From NCBI GenBank assembly GCA_964035545.1, contig OZ037765.1, positions 3,038,001 through 3,102,000 of the forward strand: a stretch of 64,000 nucleotides of DNA, given 5' to 3'. This document shows, piece after piece, positions 11,301-27,300 of this stretch; within the stretch, counting starts at the first letter, position 1, and every line of letters begins with the position of its first letter. Below the pieces are notes generated by a model that saw only the letters and a list, made by a program, of their open reading frames with translations, searched no databases and was not told the DNA's origin. The stretch is from Bugula neritina. Its lineage: Eukaryota; Animalia; Bryozoa. A program made the position numbers and the translations under genes.

Positions 11301-14300
11301 ATTTGGTGTTTGAATTTAAGATTTTTTGTTGAATCTACATAAATTTAGTAGATATACAGTAAATGTAGGGGTTTAGGTTTTCTATTAGCATGTGACTTTT
11401 ACAGAATCTGTATATAAGTATGTGTGTTCAAAGTGCATATTATAATGTTGTATAGCTGCTCTTTACAGGTGAACTGGTACCTGTTGACGAACCACTGGAC
11501 CTCAAACACCCACCCTCTGTGTTCATCAGTTACCAGTGGGGAGTCCAGGAGAAAGCTGTCCTCCTGAAAGAATATTTGACTAATGCTGGTTTCAGCTGTT
11601 GGTTAGATATTGGTATGTCTTTATATACAGCATTTATATAAATTTACTATTCCTTAATTACATACTATTATGTTTTATATTATAATGTGTAGTTTAACGT
11701 ATGTTATGCTAGTTTAACCTGTCACATTGAATTACGTTGTATAATTTTCACAGTATATGACATTTTGTATACACAGTTGGTTTAAGGTCATTACTTTCCA
11801 GATTCAGGCACTGCTTTATGTTATATATAAACGGTTTCCAGGAGATATCTCGAACAGTTTTTGTCTCACATTAATAAATTTTACATGAAAAGATAGCTCT
11901 TGCATTCCTCTTTCATATACTTTTTTAATTTTTCAATAAAAAATTTTCTGAGAAAGTTGTTGCATAATAAGTAAAATTTTACACCCTCCATGTTCCACTG
12001 CTGTAGCACAGGGGATTCATTTTACAAAGTTTAAAAGTTAAACTTGACATTCCTTGATATGTTTTCTCTAATATACTTTCTTTGTTTTTTGAAATTCTGT
12101 TTATGCTCTTCACAATTTGGTAAAAACATACACCATTTTGCAAGTTTCACTGCAATTTTCTAAATTCTTCATATGGTGGTTCTAGCTACGCTCCTGTGAC
12201 TAATTATAACATTCCTAGTACGTTTGCCGCTCTGCGCTATCACAATAACATAAAGTACCCTCTCGCACAAATTGGCAATCTATTGGATTTCTGCCAATAT
12301 AATGTTCCCTGTTTTACATTAGCACTCAGCTGAATCATCTCACTAGTTACAATAATATACTGAAAATGCCTCAGCACAACATAATTCTTTGTTTGTTTGG
12401 CAGAGTTAATTTCAGCTAAATCACTTCACTTTACAGTCTTGTCAGTAAAGGTCTGTCTATAGCCCAGCAGGTGTACTTTCGGTTTCTCTAATTCACATAT
12501 AATTATTTTAAGTACATTGTATTCTATAAGATCAATTAAAGGTTTAGTCCAGTGTTCAGTATCTAATTATTATGCATGTATGTTGTCTTACTGTTGAACA
12601 AAAGTTAAAAAAAACTTTACAATTATAGCCATATTTATTATACATGCGTAGGATTTGCATAAGTTGGCAAAAAAAATTGCAACAAAACAGGGTTGAACCA
12701 TGACCACCCAACTCGTCACTGACGCCTCTAACCTCTGGACCACGCTTTTATCGTTATTGAAACGCGCACTATATGAGTCAATATCATTACATAAATATTT
12801 CGCGCGCAAATGGGTTATAATTATTAGGCTGTCAATTCATGTTGATAGCAGTCAACTGTTGCAATAGTCTCGGGTTACTAGCAAAGCTAATGGTTTTGAA
12901 CAAATAACCCAAAAGTTTAAAAATAAGTAGCTTGCGTATTACTAGCTACAAAAACAGGTCTGAAATAGACTGGTAAAGCAAGCTCTTATTGTAGAGTTTG
13001 CAGATGTGCTCTAAAATAAAACTTAAACTGTATGCTATTACATAAGTATTTGTATGCGAGAGATAAATGGATATTACTGAGTTTCTGGAAAACAACATAC
13101 TTGAAGTTAACTTTGACAATGGTGTGTTATTTTCATCATAGCTAGCCTATAGCATAAATCTCTAATCATATGAATTTTCTTGAAGCCCACAGCTCATGTA
13201 AGGGTGGCAATGTAATTTGAAACGAACAATTATGTTGCTGCATTGTGTCTAAGGTATATTAGAGAGCAGAATTTGGTTTTACTAGCCTACCCCAACGGCA
13301 TTCTACAATGCAGCTTATATGCTGGCAGTTGTAATAAGTACTGCCAATAGCAAGGTTACTATCACTGCTAGCTCTGTGCAGTATGTAACCTCTTGAATAA
13401 TTGCGCCAATTTTAAACTCTTGGAAGTTGGCCAAGTTATCATATCGCAGCCAGCCACCGGAGACAAAGCATCAGAGCTATTCATATAATATTATACTGAT
13501 GCACTTGGTAGCAGAGTGGCTAATCTAATATAGTTCATAGTTCAACACCCTTTACTTTGGGAATACAGCCTCTTTTTTTAGGTTTACCTAACAAAGCATG
13601 AAAATATCTAAACTGATATTCTGATAATTTAGAGGTACATTTTGAAAACTAGGTTAATTGCACTTGTTTGCACAACAACAATAATAAAATAGATATTATG
13701 CAGTATAATAAAAACACACATAATACTATATAATATATTATAATGATAATAATATAATAATATAAGTACCATTACTGCATTTTGTAAATCACATGGTTGC
13801 CAAAAAAATGTATCACAAATGCTGTAATTATAAAACAAAAATAGAACTAGCTAGGCAGCAGGTTAGAATAGAGTAAATTTTTAAAACATGAAATCATGAT
13901 TTGACTATTGTTTTATTTAGGCCAACCAACCTAGGAATACAAGATTGGGTTTTAGCTGACAGTTTATAACATTTAGCTTTTGAGCCAGCAGCACTGGCAC
14001 TTGTGAAGTATAGGCAAAGTTAGTGAAGCGAGACTAACGAGCACTCAAATACAAGGCATATTGAGACACAATAACAAGTCAGGAGCGTATAAATTGAAAA
14101 GAATGTGGAAGGGGGACTATGTTTTTCAACAAGCTATAACTTAAACATGAATTGGCTTTTGAAAAAAATAAAAAAGTATATTGGAGAACATAAGTTTCTT
14201 TATCTTTTCATATTTTTTTTGTTCCTGTGACATTCAACCTGTTCGAGCTATCAGTGGAACATTGTTCATATAGAACATAAAGCACCTGGCAAAGAGCCAG

Positions 14301-17300
14301 AAAATGAAAAGTATGACCTTAAACCAACTGTGTAGTATTTACTTTTTACTATAATGTTATATTATTCCCCAAGCAGAAATGGGTATAACCAATTTAATTA
14401 ACCAATCAAAGCAGTGGTTAATCCTAAATCAATGTGACAAGATTCAACTGTAATTAAATGTTGATGGAAGAATTTTTACTGACAAGCATTCAGTGAAGTA
14501 TAGCTGTTGTTCATATGAAATGGTTATACTGCGGGGCGTGTCCACACCTCACCCCACTCACTGTTCTTTAGTTTCTAGGATTCTTATCAATTGCTTGAAA
14601 TAAAGAATTGGTTGAACAGCTACTTGATTAAACTCAACTTTTGAAGGCAAAGTGCTGCTGAAGTTGTCCGTGATTTAAAAATTAATTTAAGTTTTTAGAA
14701 ATAAGTTATGAACATTTCCTAACGAAAATGACAAAATATTTTTAGGTAAGATCATTTTCCTGTTTAAGTAAAGTTCTCAACAAGTCCAATAGTTATAGTT
14801 TTACTTTTTAAACTATTTTTATATATTTTATTGGAAATTATCATTGTCAAATACAAGCTATAGATTTTGTTAGTTGCATATTCTGATTGAATTTAGTGAT
14901 GGTTGACTAAATATTGAAAATTGATTAGGAACTTTAAAAGTCAAAAGCACTTTTACCATCCTTGTCATTTTAATTTTAATATAGCTTTTAAAATTTTTAA
15001 GTAGTTATTCAGCTCATGCAACTTTATCTGCAATTACTAAAGTGCATAATTTAATGTAATATTTTGTGAATATCTTGCAATTTAAATAAAAAAGAAAGGT
15101 TTTGTCTTTCTATTTTTACCATGACGAAAGCTTTATTTCTATAATTTTATTTTCATTCTTTGAAAATAAAATAATAATTAAAAGCCCTCAAAATTTTTAT
15201 GTTTTTGTGACTTTGTTTGAACGCAACTATAATATCATGTAGTGTTATGTATAGTAGATAATGCATGTTAATAACTTTTACCTTTGACTCAAGTAGAATC
15301 GTTATATACCTCGACTCATCATATGTTGCACTTAATCACTTTGACCAATGCTACTCACTACTTTTTCAAATTTATTTTTCTGATCTGTTAGATTTGTTCT
15401 GGTCTCTTCTTATATCTACATTTTTGTGTAAAATATTCAATTTTCATGATTTTTAATAATCCCTTTTAAACTCAGAGCTATGAATTTTCTATAATCCAAT
15501 AAATCCTGGTTCTTGGGTATAATAATTATATTATCTCATAAACATAAAAATTATTCTATGAAAATCTTTCTTTATTTTACGTTTGATACACTTTAAACTT
15601 ATGTTTTATATGACATAACTTCGACTGCTATACACTAGAATATTTTCAGGTCAAATGGGAGGAGGAGACAAACTATATGAAAAGATTGATAATGGAATTC
15701 GTGCAGCTAAAGTAATCTTGAGTCTGGTTACAGAGAAGTATGCCAAGTCAGCAAACTGTAACAAAGAGGTCTGTTAGTTCGTATGATACTGTATATGATA
15801 TATAATATATTACTGTATATGATAGTATATACCTAAATTACAGCATAATACTATATGCCACATCGTATATATAGATTATAGTATATAATATAGATATTAC
15901 TGTACGTTATCAACTTACTAATTAATATGTTGTAATATTAGTGTCCTAGAAAGAAGGAGCTTATTCCACTTCTGCCTAAAACTCACTGATTCTGTCCAAC
16001 ATTTATATAACCTCTCCTTAAAGTTTACTTGAGAAAGTAGGCAATAGCTAGGAAATAACTGTAAACTGGAAACCAAGCCTCAGATTTTGGTGCTACTTCT
16101 AACCACGTGAAATCTTTTTGAAACAATTGGAAATAAAAATGAAGAATACGATGTAATGATAACGATGATTTCTATATGCCAACTCTTGCTGTACAATAAA
16201 GTAATAATTGTGATTCCTACCTGATAAATATTTTGCAGGTAAATCTCTCCGTTTCTCTCCATAAGCCAATGTTCCCTCTGCTGATGGAGAAAATGCCATG
16301 GCCACCCAGTGGTGCCATGGGACCCATCTTCAGTGAGTACTTGTTTGTGAGGTTCTTCCAACGTGAGAATGAGCGTAAAGAGGGGATTTACTGGCCTGAG
16401 GCTAAGATTGAAGAGTTGATAATGCAGATCCGCCAGGTCATAGAGCCAGATGAGAAACTTGTTAGTAAAAGTATGTAAAGTATTCATCTATTTCCTTTTT
16501 ATAGCGGTATGTAGCAACAGCTTGTTTCTGTTTGACACAATAGATGTGCAGTTATGAATGTAAGACTAAACATCTACAGTTGTGGCCATTTTTCCGACAG
16601 AGAAAGCGTTAATTGTATAATTGGAGGCTATTTGGCAGGCTAATCATTTCTTTTTATAAAATATTTACCACATATTGTGCTGCAATTCTAAAATTGAGTG
16701 TTTTTAGTATAACATATCAATAATAAAATTGTTTAAACTCAACAATTGTAATTTAATATTTATTCATTCATTAATATTTGCAAAGGGAAAACTCTGTATT
16801 TTACATTTTCATAGAAATGGATGATTGGTGGCTGTCCAAAACAGGAAATAGAGTGATTGGGTCAAAGAGCAAAAATGCAGACAATTCTGAACATCCTGAC
16901 ATATTCATCTCTTACCAATGGGGAAAGCAAAAGGAGGTGTGTTATATGACAGATTGATCATGTAAATAATTCATTATATCAATATAATATTCTTTTAGAT
17001 TATATATTAGTGTATCTGTATATTGTTATCGCTAAAGTTATAATAGTTTACTAATCACTGGAGGTGCATCTATTGTAGAAATTTATGATATTGCAGGTAC
17101 ATGCATTGTATAGGAAGCTGAAGTCTCTAGGATTTACCTGCTGGCTAGACATTGAACAGATGGGAGCGGGGGACAGTCTGTATGATAAGATAGACAGAGG
17201 TATCAGAAACTGTAAAGTCGTACTGAGTTGTGTGACTGAGAAATATTCTCTCTCACTCAACTGCAGGCGTGAAATCAGTCTGACAAGTTCTCTGAGTAAA

Positions 17301-17657
17301 CCAATCATACCTCTTCTACTAGAGAAGACAACATGGCCGCCAGCGGGTCCCATGAGCATGCCTCTGGCCCAGTTACAGTATATTGATTGTACTGAAGAAG
17401 GTTCTCTTATAGCCGAACCGCAATTCACTCTTCTACTTACTGTATTAACTCAGCGTCAAGTGTTCACTAGCAAGACACTTGGTAAGCAGTTCTCACCAGT
17501 ATTCACTACCATGAAATCTCTTAAAAAGTTCAAGTCAGGTAGTTCAACAAACAAACCTAGTAGCAAGGATACTAAAGCTTCTAATCAACAATCTGGTACG
17601 CCTCCAGTCTCACAAAGTCACGATCAGACTGCTTCTAGGTCATGTGTTCTTCTGTAA
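5367..17657 (+). CDS. ARM-like/helical repeat - coiled-coil - Death - TIR - TIR protein with C-terminal CaaX (about 1064 aa, 16 coding exons)
   Basis: Phase-consistent GT-AG exons: 5367-5498, 6031-6155, 6636-6789, 7029-7236, 7461-7564, 8000-8210 (alternative donor 8180), 8529-8674, 9188-9403, 9869-10083, 10635-10866 (heptad coiled coil), 10988-11261 (Death: [14 protein letters not shown]), 11469-11612, 15650-15768, 16239-16470 (TIR1: VFISYQW..CWLDIGQMGGGD..NCNKE), 16815-16936, 17097-17657 (TIR2: [24 protein letters not shown]; ends CVLL). Total 3195 nt. An in-frame TAG lies upstream of the ATG. Confidence 0.88.
6471..6543 (+). mobile_element. tRNA-derived SINE head or tRNA pseudogene (TGC anticodon loop); related copies at about 34921-34985 (+) and 58832-58890 (-)
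   Basis: A box TGGTGTAACGG and B box GGTTCGATTCC; poorly paired acceptor stem; the GCTTGCAAGC core is shared with two other diverged copies. Confidence 0.65.
7779..7952. repeat. 19-bp minisatellite (GGGCGCTGATAGAATAGTT)n, about 9 copies, intronic
   Basis: Direct tandem copies with no spacers. Confidence 0.95.
9410..9688. repeat. 28-bp minisatellite (TAGTAATAGTATATAGAGTTACAGTYAA)n, about 10 copies, intronic
   Basis: Tandem copies with few substitutions. Confidence 0.9.
11772..14332. mobile_element. non-autonomous DNA transposon (CACAG...CTGTG termini, TA flanks)
   Basis: Perfect 20-bp terminal inverted repeat CACAGTTGGTTTAAGGTCAT (11772-11791 / 14313-14332), extending imperfectly for over 100 bp. 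TA on both sides. No transposase ORF. Lies in the intron that splits TIR1. Confidence 0.85.
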
Positions 17658-18113
17658 GTATGTTGCCCACCTGTTTTAGGATTATTTATTTTTATATGTT
17701 AGCTGAATTTTTTGCTCTAAAACTTTTAAGGTTTTAGTCAATTTTTTGCAAATTCTTAAGTTGTTCAATTATGTTATCATTTTACTGGCCGTCCTTTATT
17801 TTAAAGTCATCATCAATTATAGAAACTGGTGATATTTATAGATCAAAATTTAGTTATATTTTTAAACAATCTGCTGTGAAAATCTTTTGATATCTTTCTA
17901 CTGATAAGTTTTTTGACATTTTTTACTAATAAACTTTATATTATTTTAATTTCTAACTTCTTTGTAAGAAATATTTGAAAAATTCAATCATGATATAAAA
18001 ATTTCATGCATACATCTCTAACAGCTGGCGTGTGAATTTATAAAATATGAGAATTTATTGAAGCATTTATTGCATGTTTATTATTTAAAATAGTTTATTT
18101 GTTAAACTTCAAA

Positions 18114-21736
<3,623 letters not shown>

Positions 21737-24340
21737 AAGCATTATTTATCAAAAATTTGAGTATTGTTTTTTTGAGAAAAATAGAAATTGTTTAACTGGT
21801 ATATATTGAGAGTTTTTCTTATTGTTGAATAACTACTCTGTATTTACATGCAGACTAGAATTACTGTTATGTTTGATTATCTACATTATTTTATGGTCAT
21901 TTTCTTATTGCTATTTTATTCAGAAATAATATTATTATTCTTTTATTCTTTTATTATTATTCTTCTCAAGTATTTTTATTATAACTAATAACTATAGGTT
22001 GCATATTACATTATTATAAATACTAACAAAAAGATATTAATCAGAAATAATTTAAGTCACCTAACCAATAAAAATTAATAAAAAGAGTAAATTTATAGAC
22101 TTTATCAGCAAGTTGTCAAAATTCAAGCCTATCAGCTAATCGGCTTAAGCATGACGGCAGAAACAAAAAATTAACAAATAAAGGCAAATTATTACAAAAA
22201 TCATGATACACAGCCCTAGTAGAGCTGCAGGTGAAAGCTGCTATCTAAATTATAAAATACCTGCCTCTGCTAGGACTTTCAGACCTTCTTAGTACTTGCA
22301 GTTACTGTGCTAATCCTTACACTAGCTGTAGGGGGCTACAATGGAATCTCAACTCAACCTGTGAGCTTGAGTGGCTGGTGAAACCCAAAAACTAACAAAG
22401 TTTGAGGAGGGGAGTGGCAGTAAAATTCTGGAGAATTAAGTGGAATGTGCATATGGTGTAGTGATCATTTCCTATTGTAGCCCTTACAGGTTTCTGGTTA
22501 GCGTAATTGCTTGCTTTCGTAGGTAATTATAATTTGTATTATATAACTGCATAGGTATATAAAGGAAAAACCAAAAGGCCACATATAAACTTAAAGTTTA
22601 AAGTTTCATAAACCCTTTCTAATACCAGTACTGATGCTTAAATTCATTTTTTGGTTAAAGTTTTTTATTCTATGTAAAATGAGTTCACCCACAATAACTT
22701 TCTCATCTTCTCTATCTGCATGACCTGTTATTAGTAAGATTCATTTTGCTAAATATGAAGCCCAACATATTTTAAAAATTTCTTTTTAAAAATGTTCACT
22801 CAGTTATTTACTGAATTATCAAATAAATTAATATTTTATGGCATGATTAGAATGTGATGCTTAACACAGTAACTGGCTATAGTTGATGAATCCAGCTCTC
22901 ACCAATAGTTAAGTGAGTCCAATAATTTATATAACTGCATTTGAATATTGCTGTGAAATATACTGGCCCTTGATCTCCCTGCTTTGGGCTCATTAATCAC
23001 CAGTAAGCTTAAAAAATATATATGTATTTTGTACACATTACAATTTTTGATTCTTTCCCACAGAAATTGTAAACAACCATTGCTTATTTATTAAAATTTC
23101 AAGTACTAATATTTATTTATTCTCAACCTTGCAAAAATTGCTTGATTATACTAGCGGTACATCACTAATCACTTGCTCTTAAAACTTTCAAAGATTCAAA
23201 AGTTTGAAATTAATTCTATATTTAGTTGGCAATTATCCAATAAAAATTAAATTTATTCAAATCAATTTTCATATTTGTTTAATAATTAAATATGAAAAAC
23301 CAAATTCTTTTCAAAGCTCTTACTCTTAGAGCAATTTGAAGTAACATGGAAATTATTCAAATAATGCACTTCCTATGTTTCGCTGTTCATGAAACTCTTT
23401 CCTCTACTCAAAAGTATTTAAGTTTTAATTAATCCAAATATTATTCTGCATATTTAGTGGCATGGTAATAATAGCATAGTACGTACATCGTTAAGTAGAC
23501 AGAAGTTAATTTGTTAAAGAATATATAAGTTATCATTTGTTTGTGTAGTAATAAGATACTATTATTATACATGTTTTCCTGTGACCACATAAAAGTTAGC
23601 TACATACATCTGTACATGTAGTATACATGTATATACTTGCAGTGTTTACAGAGGTTTGAAGTTTGGATGACCAAATTATTTTACTCTATCATAAGACCTG
23701 CAGCGCACATATGTGTCAAAAGTTAGGATTTATGTTCATCTGCACATGTCCATCTTTTCAGTGTCTCTCAATTGCATGTGCACTTTTGACACTATTCAAT
23801 CCTTCCTTGATTAAAAAGATGTTTTAGAAATATGCTTACAAACAAATCACGCATTGCTATAGTTTTCTACAATTTGACAATGTTGAAAAATAGTTTATAG
23901 ACAGAGAATTATTTTTTTACAAAACCTGACTGAATGAAATACTTTTGCATCAATGGCTTACTTTAACAGCTCATGACAATTAAAAATTGATTTAAAGTTA
24001 GGCATCTGCAGAACATTTGCAAAACTATTTTGCATTTTTAATTTTTAGATTACTGCAAGTGGCAGTGTGGGTTCTAATAGTTTTTAATTAATAAAATTTG
24101 TAAAGTTTTTAAGCACTTTAATTTCATTGTTGGTTTTATTCTCTTTTTTTAATGCAATCCCTAGTATTTTGTTATAATTGCAAATTTATAATGTAAGATT
24201 TACTCATTTTTTCTGATTATTGATAATTTACTGTTTTTGTTCATAATCATATTTTTGTTACAGGTTATTATCGAACTTGATGCAAGAAGGAAATAAACAA
24301 CAAAATAATAACAAAACTCAAAAATTATATTATTTTGATT

Positions 24341-27300
24341 ATGGATATTCTAACTTATCAATTTCTGGTGATTAAATTTCTTTGCTTTCGAGTTGGTAAG
24401 TGATGAATTCAGTTTTTACATATGTACTAGTTTAGAATGTCTCTTTTCTATACAGCTTTTAAATTTAAAATTATGTAATTGCATCAGCTATTAGCTGTCC
24501 ACAGTTTGCTACTATAAAGCAACACTTATGGTTTCAGAACTTTTTGTGTTTAAAAAGAATAAAAATAAGCAGTTTGTTTGCAAGTTACCTAAGTCACTGA
24601 AGTAGCATATTATTACATAATCTCACAAGTAAATTAGGTATGCAAATTAAATACCTATAGTGTATGAAATTGGATCTCACAAATTTTTGAAAATGATGGC
24701 AAAATAACTGCTTTAGAATTTAGATGTTAGCTAATAATATAACACACACACTGCACACTGCACACTGCACACTGCACACTGCACACTGCACACTGCACAC
24801 TGCACACTGCACACTGCACACTGCACACTGCACACTGCACACTGCACACTGCACACTGCACACTGCACACTGCACACTGCACACTGCACACTGCACACTG
24901 CACACGGCACACTGCACACGGCACACTGCACACTGCACACTGCACACTGCACACTGCACACTGCACACTGCACACTGCACACTGCACACTGCACACTGCA
25001 CACTGCACACTGCACACTGCACACTGCACACTGCACACTGCACACTGCACACTGCACACTGCACACTGCACACTGCACACTGCACACTGCACACTGCACA
25101 CTGCACACTGCACACTGCACACTGCACACTGCACACTGCACACTGCACACTGCACACTGCACACTGCACACTGCACACTGCACACTGCACACTGCACACT
25201 GCACACTGCACACTGCACACTGCACACTGCACACACATTCTTGTAATTAGTTGTATTATTGTCTAAGGAAACAAAAACAAAATCAAGTTCCAGTGTATTG
25301 ATTATAAGCAACATTATTATGTGTCGTTTTTAGGTGGTGAAAAATATTTTTCAAAAAAGTGGTTATACTTATATGACAGTCATGGAGAGGAGATCAGCCT
25401 AGGTTTGCCTGCTATTGAGCTGAACACTGTAGCTGATATCAGATGTAACGGAACTTACACTTCCAGTGCATCACAAGATCGCTGGATCAACAGCATAGAA
25501 CTGGGAACTGATGGGAACTCTAAAGCAGAGGTGACTCATTAGTATAACATTTTTATTGATTTACTAGGAACAGCATGTATTGTTCAAAATACTGCATGTA
25601 TTGTTCAAAATACTAAAGAAATTGAAAAATATTTTTAAAATGGCTGATTTAACTCTACTTTACATAACATATGCTAGTAATGTGTTTGTGACACTTTAAC
25701 TTTGTAAAAAACATAACTTTATTAAATTCAAATTTTGTCAAGTTTAAACTTGTAAAATAGTTGTGCTCAAAAGTTTTTAATCATTGAAAATTTTCTTCAA
25801 TCAAAATTTATTTTTAATGCAAAAAATTTCAAAAGAGTTTTATTATTACAAATGAGATTTTTCTAAAAATCTCACCTATAGTTTTATTCAGGACTGATAT
25901 ATTGATTTTGTTGTATATATAGGGACTTTTGAACATAATATAATGCATTGCATCCTTGAACAAATTTCTTTAAAGCTTAAAAGCTATTATTTTGGCTTGT
26001 CAATTGATTTAAAGTTGTTATTGAGTTCAAATTTCAGGGCAACTAAGCAGTAGATAATTTTATTATTACGATTTTAGTGTTGCGTTTACTCAGTGGTCCT
26101 GGTGGTTTAATGTTTACATGTTCAACTTCGCTTTTACCATTGTTCTACTACTGCAGCTGCTGTTGCTACTGCTGCTGTTGTTTTATAGATTAAATGTCTA
26201 GAACAGTATGGCTCAATTGACATAAAGCAAACAGTTGAAAACTTGAGCCCTCACTTGAAAGACTTTAGCTGTAGCAGAGGTCACATGAGAATTCGTTACA
26301 ACTTTACCAAATCTTTAGCGACAGACATTGTATGCAAATGGGAAAACCTGGACAAAAATCAAGATGTTGAAGATAAGTTCCACATCATTGCTTGGATTTA
26401 CAGTGAGTAACTTATAGAGGATAAAGCAATCAACACAAATAGCTGATACTATAACGACCTTTGTATTGCCAATCACTATGTTGCCATAATTCCAATTATG
26501 CACTGAATTTTTCATTGCTTCACGGGAATAGTTTCATTGAGGCAAAACCGAAACTATTTGTGTACACCACTAGTACAAATTAACCCATATAAAAATTCGT
26601 GTAAACGCAGTGAGTTAATGGCAGAAAAGGATCGCAAATAAGTCGTATCACTAATTACAGGTTAGATACTATATAAATTGTGAGTTATAACGCAGGTGTT
26701 GCGTTTTGCTTCTTAGAATAAAATAAACTTAGACAAAGCGATGTGCATGTTTTAATGCAGAACACAAGTAATCCACTTTGCACCAGACCTAAAGCTACAC
26801 CAGTGAACAAATTTAATTGTTTAATTCTTTTGAGAAGCATGCTTGGTGCAAGTTTTTTATCATCAATAAACTATAACACGCTTTCCTACTAATGGGCAGT
26901 TTTGTAATGTTTATAGCTTTGTAGTTTTATATAACATTCAACTCTGAATTTTAAACTTTAAAATGAAATAGTCTAACAAAGCAAATGTAAACTACAGTAA
27001 TATTTTGTTATATGAATTACATAAATTAATTCAAGCCTTAACATTCGGTAAATATATTATTTTAACATTTTCCTGCTTTCTTAATTGCAAGGAAGGTGAT
27101 TTCTTTTAACAAATTAACTTAGTTTAGTTTGCAATAAAGCCAGCAACATTCTTATAGACTTCATATTCTTATACCTTTCATCAGATGAACAATATCATAT
27201 TCTTATGGTGAAGTCAGTACAGTGGCCAGTTGTCTTACAATAATATAATAATATGATAGCTTGACTTTCAGCTTTGAATGATTTTTAAATTTTTCTAGCT

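Noticed and set aside
5367-17657. Naming the gene MYD88, SARM1 or VEPH1
   Set aside because: The architecture fits none of them: no SAM or PH domain, two TIRs, and a CaaX end.
24747-25236. CACACTG repeats as RAG recombination-signal heptamers beside an Ig exon
   Set aside because: The unit is not CACAGTG, there is no nonamer with 12/23 spacing, and each gene is complete without rearrangement.
24720-25314. Four long Cys- or His-rich ORFs (CAVCSVQ / HTAHCTL repeats)
   Set aside because: Translations of a stop-free 7-bp satellite within an intron; not proteins.
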